64,000 nucleotides of DNA from Callorhinchus milii (lineage: Eukaryota), in NCBI RefSeq assembly GCF_018977255.1, contig NW_024704747.1, positions 25,854,001-25,918,000 on the forward strand. The letters run 5' to 3'. Position 1 is the stretch's first letter, and each line of letters starts with the position of its first letter. The translations under genes and the position numbers were made by a program. This document shows positions 1 to 10,903 of this stretch, in pieces. Under the pieces are notes generated by a model, which did no database searches, had not been told where the DNA came from, and saw only the letters and a program-made list of their open reading frames with translations.

Positions 1-75
1 TGATTTTGCTGTGTAAAATGTTTGATCGATAGGCGAATTATAAATACTGGTTTGTAATATAGAACATCACAACGA

Positions 76-78
<3 letters not shown>

Positions 79-106
<28 letters not shown>
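79..106. repeat. (GT)n microsatellite
   Basis: Direct reading. Confidence 0.95.
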
Positions 107-1221
107 TGGGGGGAAGGGTAATTCTCTGAAGCAATGCAATGGGTCAGGCCTCCGTTTAACTTTTTAAAATAAATCCGTGAGGACTGCCAAATGTCACAGA
201 ATTAATTCTATTTGCACGTAATTATCTGATTGTGACAAAATGAACCACTTTTCATGAGCAGATGTCACCTGCAACTTAAATTCTACTGTAACGAGCAATT
301 TTCCTTTGTATATCGATTAATTCGTCCTATTCACTTTTTTTACGCGTTACTTGATCGCCCCTTTCCCTTCATTTCGGGTTTGAAAACATATTTGACGGAA
401 ATACTGTACCCGGAAATGAATACATAAAATACTAGAATAGATTTGTCCTCTCCTTTCAGTGCGTGGTAATGAAAGTATTTGTCTACACGCATTCTCCGTT
501 GTCTGTATATACCGTATTAATATATTACCAAGACATTCAAAAGCAGGAAAGTGAAACTAATGCAAAACAATTCAAACCATGCCTTACTCCAAGGACAATG
601 TTACAACTTTAAAAATAGGCACTGAAGTCATCCATTAGCAGCACAGGATGTGGAACCTCTGCTGTAAGTTAGCACACCATGTTTGTGTTATCCGCCGGTT
701 TCAGCGCTGCATTTCTTATGCGTATGTCCAACTGTGCCTCGCATCAGGTCAAATAGAGGAGAAAATGTCTACACCCTATGGCTCGCTATAATAATGGTAA
801 CCGGAGCAAATGTATATTTAGCTGAACATATTTTAGATTGGTTGGGCGTTTACGCAGGGAACTATTCTATTTATTCTCTCTGGACCTGAATACACATGCC
901 AGGTTCTCAGCTGTCAAGCGAGATATACCGCTTTCCCGAGTGTACAGTTTGCCTATGTGTTCCAATCGTGGAAAATCCAACGGTGAACGCAAACATCGTC
1001 CAAATTGTTGTATCTAACGGCGAGTGGAATTGGTTTCATACAGTCCTCCCGACCGAGTGCGTCTAACGCTCATAAATCTAACCTTGTCGCAGGCGCCTGT
1101 CTGACAGTCGATGGAAGAAATACTGTCTTTGTCCTGTACTAACTGCTCCAGTCGGCTCTTACCAAACAGTCGGTTTAATACAGCAGAGTGGGGTGGAAAA
1201 TAAAGTCAGGCTTCTAGACTA

Positions 1222-1237
1222 GTGCCCCCTATGAGGC
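1222..1237 (-). promoter_or_regulatory. CTCF-like motif
   Basis: Minus strand GCCTCATAGGGGGCAC. Confidence 0.55.
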
Positions 1238-4200
1238 TGAGACTTTGCTCGGCCTGTCTGTGCACTGTATTACATGCATAACAAGGGACAAATGGGAATT
1301 ATCGTGTGCGACAGACGAATTAAAATGTTGATTTTTTCGCTTTGCAGTGAAATCAGCTTTGGAGTTTTGGGAGAACGTCGCCGTATCTGGAAATGCATCG
1401 GTTCATCAAAAGAGTGAGCTCAACCTCTTTGGACGAAGTTGTTTTTTTTTTGGACTCGCATTGGATAATTCTCATCCAACTACAGATTAAATCAATCGAG
1501 GACTTTGTCGGCGTGAGATTAACATCACATTGAAATTATCATTTTTTTTAATGGCGTAAATGTAGCGAATCTTAACATCTAAGATTTTTCGTCTCCGATG
1601 CCACACTTTGAGATCCAGTCAAATGTTCCTGACTGCATTAATTATGATTTATTGTATCTTGTTTTTGGAAGCTGGGATTCAAACGATAGTGTTGTTGGAA
1701 TTATTATGTGAAATAACTCTTCAGAGCAAGACTTTGAAAACCGGGCCAATAAAAATCTCCCACAAACTGTAAATTCCCACAGACAGAGCAGAGTTTATTT
1801 GATCGAAAATGCTCGTGTCCCGATTTCATTGACCATCGGTTAAAAAACAGAAAATATTTTTTTCCATTTGTCTTTTCCTTTAATCCTCCGTCATTCTACC
1901 ACTCGGTCTTGATCAAGATCAAGGCATCGACGAAATTACAATCAGTCTTTGCTTCAGAAAGTTCAAGACTGTATGGCTAAAAGATATTTAGGCATCACAT
2001 AGTTCGACAGAACCATCTTTGATTTACCTTCAAATATATTTCAATCAGATACGAACCTCGTCTGGTATTTCTAATTGGCATTAAAAATATCGAGCAGTAG
2101 TAATAATAATTCCTATATACTGAAGGAATGTATGTATTTTATCAATATATTTTGTATTATATTATATGTTTGGTATATATTCCAATTGATCTCAATAAAT
2201 TACATGAAATTCAACCTAAAATTGAATTTAGTAGCTCACGTTTGCATTTTTTCACATTGCGAGAATCGGAATATTTAATCTTTGCTTTGCTAAAAATATC
2301 TAATTTCTATCGACGTGCTTACCATTTGATATTGAGGAGTGTCTGAACCTAAGAGGGTGTAGTTTCAATTTATACTATTTATAAAACATGTGTATGATTA
2401 CAGGAATATTTTATTTTACGGTTTTCAAAAAAAAACGTGTGCGCTGATTACAAAATAACCTGTGCTTTATTTCCATAAGGCAAGCAAATTAAACGCACAG
2501 GCTAATTAAATGCATTATTGTTAATGTACACATAAACGCTGGCTGTTAGCCACGCCTTAGTCTTTTGATATCACGATGGTTGCACGTATGTCTGCTGCAA
2601 GATTAATCTTATTTTTACCCTAATGTAAAATGGAATCATTGCAGATTGGTGTCCAGTTTACAATCACATTAACCCCAAAATGTTCCAGACAGAATATCTC
2701 TTATTCGAGTCATAAATTAAGGGAGAAAAAAATAGATAAACAACTCCACTCAAAAAGTATCTAACGACCAGAAATGCAAAAACGGACTTGCCAAAAATAT
2801 ATAAACAACAGCAGTGATATTTATAAACGTTAAATTCAGCGCATGTCTTTAGTTTGCGCATTTTCTTTAAAAAGATAAATCCAACAATGCGGACTAATAG
2901 TTAACCTGATTGGTGCATGAGAGACCTTGTTGTTTTAGTATCACTTTACTTCGTCTTTGTATTGTAAACGTTGTAAAAACAGTGTTCGGCTTGCCTGCAT
3001 CTGACCCAAACACATTGTTCCAAAAGGCTGGAGAGCCCCATGTTTTGTCTCACAACAATTTTCCTGTACCAGCTACAGCATTTTTTGTTTTGCAGACGAG
3101 AAAAACCGGGCACAGATGAAGGAAGGGACGGATTGATATCATCTGCAGCTCTGACGAAGTGCGCAGTGTCATAAACCTTCACAGAATCCAGCGCTGGGTG
3201 CAGGCAAACTGCAGCCATAATAACCTGAATGCGACTGCTGGATAATCATTGCATAAATGACCTCTCTGTGTGCAGGCTAATGTCACGTGGTAAATTATAA
3301 CACTGTAATTGAAAATATTATCCGAAGGTTTACCCAGAAACCAAGCATTTCTTCTCACAACACACTGCAGCATCGCCTTACTCTTTTGCACAAGCGCTCG
3401 GAACAAGTTGCCGCCATTCATGTTTGTGTGTATTTTCCCTGGACAACGCACATGTACAGCCGAGTTAAGGTCACCTCCTGCGCAATGCTACCAGTAGAAA
3501 ACCAAACATTTCTGAGGAGGCAATAAACACTGAAGATGGAATACACAGACAGCTCACTGGACGGGATTGACACAAATAGGAACAACAGTCATAATAAAGG
3601 AACCGGTTAAACCTCTGATACAGAGCATTGTTCATTATCAGCCAAAGTACAAGCTGTGTCGGCAAAGCTTAAAGCCTATCATTAAAAAAAACCAAGCACA
3701 AATCCCAACTCCTTTTCTTACAAATAAATATTGAAACATTAAAAAAAAAGCATTTAACACGATTCCCGCTATTTGGATTCAATCAATTCCCCAGACTAAT
3801 CCGAAAAAAGGCTCCTTTATTGTTCGTTCATTTGCTGCCCGACATTTCTCGCCTTAACCGCTTAGAACCCATCCAATGAAACAAACATCGCCCACTTCTA
3901 TGTTCGCTAGTGCCATCTGCAATCATAAAAATGGGGAAAGAACATCACTTACCCATTTCAGGGCTTTTCCCTGAGATCGAAACCAGGCGAATTTTGTATT
4001 CCATTGGTACTCTTCGATCAATAAGGCAATTGGAAAGAAAAATCAGGTAAGGTGAATGAAAAAGGCAATGGAAAGACTGTAAGCAGACATCAAATGTCGG
4101 CGAAAGTCCAAAACATGAAGTCGAATGACTTGCACACAGTTATAGAGCAACAGCACTGGACACCGAGATGCTGCGGAAAGTAGTCTTGTTTCTGTGAGGA

Positions 4201-7200
4201 ACTGGCGTCAGATACCAACCACAAAAAGCAAGCTAAGAGAGATACTGACAGAAAGGACGGTTTGAGACGAGTTAGCAGCGGAATGCAGTGAAATATTCGC
4301 AAGGGAAATCAAGAAAAGGCCATGAACGCAGTTACTAGATTCACATGACTATTGGTGGCCAATGGGAGCGTCTCCTCAGTCGTAAAAGGTCCATTGCAAA
4401 GTTGTAAATTTTCTTCAAACAAAAAGGAATTCGCAGCAATTCCTTGCGGGTTTCGCAAGTAACAGCTCGCAAGAGCCATGTTTCATTTAACGAGTTTCTT
4501 TGCCGCAGCCATTTGTTGTAATGAGTTCTGGTAACGAACACCTTAAACCGCAATAGCGATGCAATTCAATCCATATCGTCGATTTTACCCCCAAACTGCC
4601 CAGATGGGCCATGGGCATGTCACAACACGCATTTTGTTATGACTTGGCTTATATCCGTGTTTTAAATAAGTGTCAATTTTAAACATACACATGTATATTT
4701 TAAAAAAAGTCCCATGATTAATTCAAACCGCAGCATTTATGAAACGTAATGCTGTCAGAAGGTTTGTTTTATTGCATACTCATATTCGATGAGGTTGGCT
4801 TAGGTTAGGCTGAGACGAGGCAGAGGTAAGCTAGTTTGAGCAACAGAATAATATCCCAAACGTAAGGGAAAATGGTCTTTATGAGAGAGAAAAAACAATA
4901 GACAAGAAACGCGAAGCGTCAGCGATTCGTTCTGCACAAGTGTGTGAAGCAAATCTCTTCAAACATCACCTTTAGCCGCCACTCTGTTTTCGTATTGTGT
5001 TTTAACGCTGCGCTAAAAAAAAATCATCAGACACGAGCAGCAAAAGCTACACGCGATTCTGCTTCAGAGGGACAAAAATAATCGAACTTCTAACAGAAAC
5101 CAACACACCAAAGTCCTGCAAGACCGCAGCAAGCTGCCCGAGGCACCATCAAAGGCCTCGATATCCGCACAAACATGTTGTAAACAGATTTCTCCCATCA
5201 AATGTACTCAGCGCGAATAAAGGTTGCTTTTTCAAATCTTTCTCTCAGTTCGTTGTGTGAACAATTGTCCCGGATCGGATTTTTATTTACACCGAGAGTA
5301 GCTTAGATCGTCACTTCATTTTACGCCAGGGCAATGTTTTGCGAGAAAGCCACGAATTTAAACAGCTCATAATTGTCAGGATTCAGATGTTCAGATTTTT
5401 TCCGGGTCCAATCGCTCCCTTATAGGTCTCACCCTGTCGCTGGGGGAGAGGTGGGTACATCTGGTGTAGATCCAAAACGGTCCAAAAAGCTGGGGAGTGA
5501 TTTTATAGGGAAAAGGTCAAAACACAAACTGGGTCAGAAATGTAATGCAAGTGGGCACGAGCTATTTTTTAAAAAGTAAAATGACAGTAAACGTAAGATG
5601 CCCAGAAGTGCGGAGAGCGTAAATAAAAGTCCACACAGGTTTAAAAGAAATATCTTTTATTTAATACCAGTAGGTTTTCGCAATCGATGAAGAGGTTTGC
5701 GTTTGAATTGCCCGTTTTCTCGACTCAATTTCAGCCCTCAAAAGGGAGAACGAAAACAGGGAATTCAAACATTTTGTCCAGGTTTTCACAAACAAAACAA
5801 ACGCACTGCCTATACAGTTGGCGCAAACGTTTTTCTAACTAAAATGCACAAATGTTTTTTTTTAATACGCATAGTTGTATTTATTATTATCTTTCTTCTC
5901 GCTTGTACATCGGAAACTTCTGGGACGAATCACCGTCCACGGAGTATTTCCACCTCAACCTGCTTTCAGAAGAATGTAAAACTGTTTGAGGATCGAGTAT
6001 GTCTACTGAGTTGGGAATGGCGGAAATTGCAGCAATTAAACAACACGCTGTTGACGACCCCCGCAATAAGGACGTGGAACTAATTTCCCAACTTGTGTAA
6101 TCCCAGTGAATTTAAAATAAACTTTTCATTAATTTTGCTCTTTGTTTCAACTCCCCCCCCCCCCTCCCCCCCCCTCTCATTCGTCCAAATTACAGCAGAT
6201 CGGGCGAATTCCTAGAAAAACTTGTGTAACGTGAGACATGAGGAGGTGCAGAACCTACAACCTTGTGAGAAGCGTCTGCGTTTGGAAGCTCGATATAAAG
6301 GAAGGCAATCTTTTACAGATTGCTTAAAATTCCGCGTGACACACATCTCTCCTCTAAATCGGTACAAAATTGCAGTTACACAAAGACTACGATCACGATA
6401 GCTGCAATTAAATTATTCCGAAGCGAGCCGTTTGCCTTGTCATCGCCATTGAAATGAGTTTCCGACATTTAATACATTTCTCAAAGTATGGTTGCATTAA
6501 TATAATACATAATGCTACTCGGGAAAAGAGCAGTATGTACAGGTTTGGCAAGACACTGGAATCGCTGGACAGCGATTGCGCGAGTGAATGTTAATTGCTG
6601 TTTCATTTGGCAACTATACCAGAACAGGATTACTGCACAACTTTGAGTAAACGACGTCTGGTAATTTAATATAAAATCGAATTCAATTACCATGAGAAAC
6701 ATGTTCTAAATTAGATATTTTGCATCGCTCCCGTATGTTTGCAGCAGCTTTCTGACTATGTCGCTGGAAGCGCATGTTATCTTCAGACTTGCAAGCAATT
6801 GCATGTATTGATCGCTTGTGTAACAGTCTACAATGTTTGCTTTAACTGATCATTTCCTGTTTGTTCATATCAATGTTTTTCTACATTCAAGCTTATCGTG
6901 TCAGTGTTGTTTGCCGTATACTTGTGGGTAAAGAGAAGGTGGTGCTGGAGAGAGAAAAAAAAGCGCCACGTCCTATTTATAAGGGTATAAATACAACGTG
7001 TAAACCCGTGGCCACCGCTGTTGTTTAATGCTCGGACGTGACTTGATCGCTGCTGAAGTAAAGTTTGATGTAAAGATGAAAGGTCACTCGGCAGCTGAAG
7101 ACATGGCTTTCGCGTCCAGCCTTTAAGCAGCAAAGAATGAATTCGAACGCAAGAGTTCATAATTTGCCCAGTGATTTGTAGTATTAGACATTTTATTGTC

Positions 7201-7723
7201 GGTTTTACGAGATTTGCTGATATACGCTTTACAGTAGAGCACAGTTTAACACCAAACGCTAACTTTTATTGCGTTGTTTTAGCCACACATGAGCCAGGCA
7301 TGTGATCTGGTTATCCAATGGCGACTCTCACACCGTTTGATTCAACTTGGAGCTCACATGAACTAATATTCTACTCATCGACTATCATTACGTTTGATAA
7401 GCATATGGAGAATAAAGCCGAGTTTCAGGCTTTTTCATCCGTTTAACGAACACTACTTTGGACTCCTATCGCATGGGTCCAACCCCCGTATGGCAACAGG
7501 ATTAAAAAATATATAAACTACATTTGATTTAATCTCGCAGCAATGCTCAATCCAGCTGCAACATGTTGATAAACCGCTGTGAAATATGATTTACCTCCCA
7601 AAGGATCTTCTAAAAAAATGTGCCATCTCATTGCCTGTGAAATGCATTAATTTGGTTTTCTCTACTCTTTTCAGGATTCGGGGTCTAAAATGAAGCAAGC
7701 ACAGTGTTGATTTTTAAACAACA

Positions 7724-7729
7724 TTTATT
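7724..7729 (-). terminator. Candidate poly(A) signal of Hoxd8
   Basis: TTTATT on plus (AATAAA on minus) about 700 nt past the stop, with T-rich sequence downstream on the sense strand. Confidence 0.55.
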
Positions 7730-7967
7730 AATTTAATCACATTCGACCATCATAAAAAGTGACTATTGCTGCAAAATACCACGTAATTCTTTTTGTCTGT
7801 GTTTAAAATCTGCGTTTCAGAGAGATAGATAATAGTTCAGAATTTCCAGCCACAATATACCACCAATTAATTCATACACACAGTAATTAAGACACATCGC
7901 AAGTGCACTATTTGTTTCTACAATTCATAAAGTGTATTCGCAATACATTCCAAATAATTCATTCTAT

Positions 7968-7988
7968 TAGGCAGTTCATGTTGTTGGG
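7968..7988 (-). promoter_or_regulatory. miR-196 target site in the Hoxd8 3' UTR
   Basis: Plus strand TAGGCAGTTCATGTTGTTGGG versus mature miR-196a UAGGUAGUUUCAUGUUGUUGGG. It lies between the stop (8423) and the AATAAA (7724-7729). Confidence 0.88.
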
Positions 7989-8374
7989 TATAATCACAAA
8001 AATGCTAAAACAATCAACAAACTAAATCAATCACAATATAATTTCATATATTCACGTTATCAAAAACAAGAACTTCAATTTCAAAAATGGCTGTTCTGCG
8101 ATTTTGCCACTTTTCCACTTTTTCACTTGTAAAGGGAGTTGCATAATTTTATAGAATTGGTGATAGCTGTCACGGTGTGATTGAAAAGGATAAAATGATA
8201 CACAAATACTTCATTAGAAATAATGTCAAATTAAGGCTATAGACATATATATATGTAAAAAAAAGTGGACTTTTTGCACAAAACTAGCCACCAATGTGCT
8301 GTAGGCTGCAGAGCTCCTTTTGATCACCACATTTTACCAGTGTAACTCGTACAAGCTGAATGATGTTTTGTTTT

Positions 8375-8404
8375 GAGAGAGAGAGAGAGAGAGAGTGAGA
8401 GAGA
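8375..8404. repeat. (GA)n microsatellite just after the Hoxd8 stop
   Basis: Direct reading. Confidence 0.9.
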
Positions 8405-8422
8405 GGAGCAATGGCAGGAAAG

Positions 8423-8715
8423 TTATTTGGTATCGTTTTCTGTTGCCTCCTGCTCAGTTTCTTCCAGCTCTTTCTTTACCCCTTCCTCCTCCTCGTTGCG
8501 AGAGGTTGGAAATTTGTCCTTGTTGTTTTCTTTTTTCCACTTCATCCTCCTGTTTTGAAACCAGATCTTCACCTGTCTCTCAGTCAGTCCCAAAGCGTGT
8601 GAAACCTCGATTCTTCGCTTTCGAGTCAGATAGGGGTTGAACAGGAATTCCTTCTCCAGCTCCAGAGTTTGGAATCGGCTGTAAGTTTGTCTGCCTCTAC
8701 GCCTGCCGGGGGCTG
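8423..8715 (-). CDS. HOXD8: Hox-D8 exon 2 (homeodomain)
   Basis: PG8 homeodomain [65 protein letters not shown]; SRFQ and KDKFP fit D8. Acceptor cccag|cag|ccc, intron 221 bp. Confidence 0.95.
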
Positions 8716-8936
8716 CTGGGGAAAGCGACAAACACAGAAAAGAAACGTTAATATCTATGCAGTAAAAATGATGGCAAACTGAGAAATAAATGGCAATAAT
8801 AATGTTGGCTCTGCCCTGCAGTCCGACACAATGAAGATCCTCTCCACATAAATATATACAGATAGTGTGCTGAACACCTTAGCAATATAACTGAGCCGTA
8901 AAACGTGAGATGAAAACTAATTTTAATATATCCAAC

Positions 8937-9363
8937 CTTGAGGTCTCATCCAGGGAAACATTTGAGTAGGAGACGAGTTCTGATTTAAGTGCTCTGGTTC
9001 TTCGCCAATATTACTGCTGGACGATTTACAGTCAGGATATTGTACCAGATCGGCCTCTTGCTGTGTCGTAAAAATCTGCTGTCTCTGTAAATTATCGTAT
9101 CCGTAAAATTTAGAGGGGTCACTATGACACGTAATTCCACAAGGATTCTGTTGAAAGCCAGTATTAGGAAGTGCTGATGTCCCATGATGGTAAAATTCTT
9201 GAACTTGAGTTGGGTGCTGGAAGCTCGCACCGCTGCTGGGTCCATAGACTACAGCGTGTCTGCTGGCAACGTCTTGGGGAAAGCGGCAGTCGTAGTAAGT
9301 GGGACTTAACGTCTCTCCTGGCTTGTACTTGGAGTAAAATGGATTGACAAAATATGAACTCAT
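8937..9363 (-). CDS. HOXD8: Hox-D8 exon 1 (protein about 239 aa)
   Basis: Starts MSSYFVNP. Contains the D8-type segment [29 protein letters not shown] and the hexapeptide MFPWMRPQ. Phase-1 donor CAAG|GTTGGA at 8937/8936. Confidence 0.95.
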
Positions 9364-9445
9364 CTGGGCTGGCTCGAGAAACGGTCAGCGGAGCAATCAC
9401 CGCACCGATCAATGTGGGTTTCTGTGTTGTGTTTTTTTAAAAAAA

Positions 9446-9545
9446 ACACACACACACACACACACACACTCGCAGCAAACAACAAGAGCAACAGCAGCAC
9501 CAGCAGCAGCAGCGACAACAACAACAACAACAACAACGACGACAA
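9446..9545. repeat. Compound (CA)n + (CAG)n + (CAA)n repeat upstream of the Hoxd8 ATG
   Basis: Direct reading. Confidence 0.9.
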
Positions 9546-10871
9546 GAAACACACAACTTGAAATAAAAGTTATTTGGGTTCCCGGGGTCTACGCAGTGCT
9601 CATGATGGGCAGTGCAGGTCTTGTGAGCACTGATGCCCAGTGGAACATACTCGCTGCTACTGTAAGGAACGCCAACCACTGCCTCTCACTGCTTTGCTTT
9701 GCTTTGCTTTAAGCTGTTTCACTTTGAATCCGCAGATCAATTCTCCAGCAGCTCAGGAGAGAGAGAGAGCCTTTGCCTTGCAGTTTGCAGTTTGCAGTTT
9801 GCAGCTTTGGCGGCCAACTCGTCAACCCCCCTCTGAACTGGGGAATGATATTTTGCTAAAGTAAAGAAGGGCATTCAGATTGGGGTGTGTGTGTGTGTGT
9901 GTGTGTGTGTTGGGTGGGGGGGAGGGGAGGGGGGGAGTGTGGGGGGGTGGAGTGGGGGGGGTGGAGGGAAAAAAAAGATAACATGCGGATTAATATATTC
10001 AGCACAATCTCATTACAATTAGGCGGGCCGCTTCACACGAAACATGAAATACGTGCGCCACTCAGCTGAAGTGAGGTGAGGCTCGACTACAGCAACTGCA
10101 ATTAGATTTCAGAGCACAACAAGGTGAGACTGGACTCAAGGTCAAGATATGGTCGAAAATGGGGAGGGGGGGGGGTTGGTGGAGGGGGGGGGGGTGTTGG
10201 AGAGAGAGAGCGAGAGAGAGAGAGAGAGAGAGGCAGAGAACAGAGGACTGCAAGATTTGGCACAGGCTTTATACCTGGGATTATTTTGGTGGAGGCTCTT
10301 CATACTTTACATCTTCTGGAACCTGTCCCCTGTCTATCGATCTGTCTAAACCGAGGATGTACATGTACTGTGGGTAGATACATATCTGCACACAGAAGCA
10401 ATATGTTACATTACACCTACATGTCAGTAGTCTGCCTGGATTCTATTGCCAATCGAGCAGTACATGCCTCAGTGTTGTGGGACATGGCAAGAGATCCGAA
10501 ACAGTACATAGATGCGTGTTAAGAAAACTATATCAAACAGCATTAATATAAGAAATGCCCCCTTGCACGTTTTACGAGAAGAAACGTTTACCCTTGACTC
10601 AGAGAGAGAGAGAAAAAAAACAGGCACGCTTGACTGAAACTTTGAGGTTAATTGCTACCTAATGAAAATCATGCCTGTGAATACGATTTCCATCATTTCA
10701 CCCCCCGGCAGACGTCATTACCGAGGAAAGTAGCTCGAATATGCAGGGGAAAAAAAACACACCGTTTTTAGCTCCAGGTTGGAATTTCAACAAGAACTCG
10801 AGCACCGGGAGAAACAACAAGTGCAAAACGAGAAGCGCGTTGGCTATGGTTTGCTTCAGAGAGAGGCGAAT

Positions 10872-10872
10872 T

Positions 10873-10900
<28 letters not shown>
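10872..10900. repeat. (AAT)n microsatellite
   Basis: Direct reading. Confidence 0.9.

Positions 10901-10903
<3 letters not shown>

Noticed and set aside
7968-7988. miR-196 gene on the plus strand
   Set aside because: No complementary star arm or hairpin, and it is antisense to the cluster inside the Hoxd8 3' UTR, so it is a target site.
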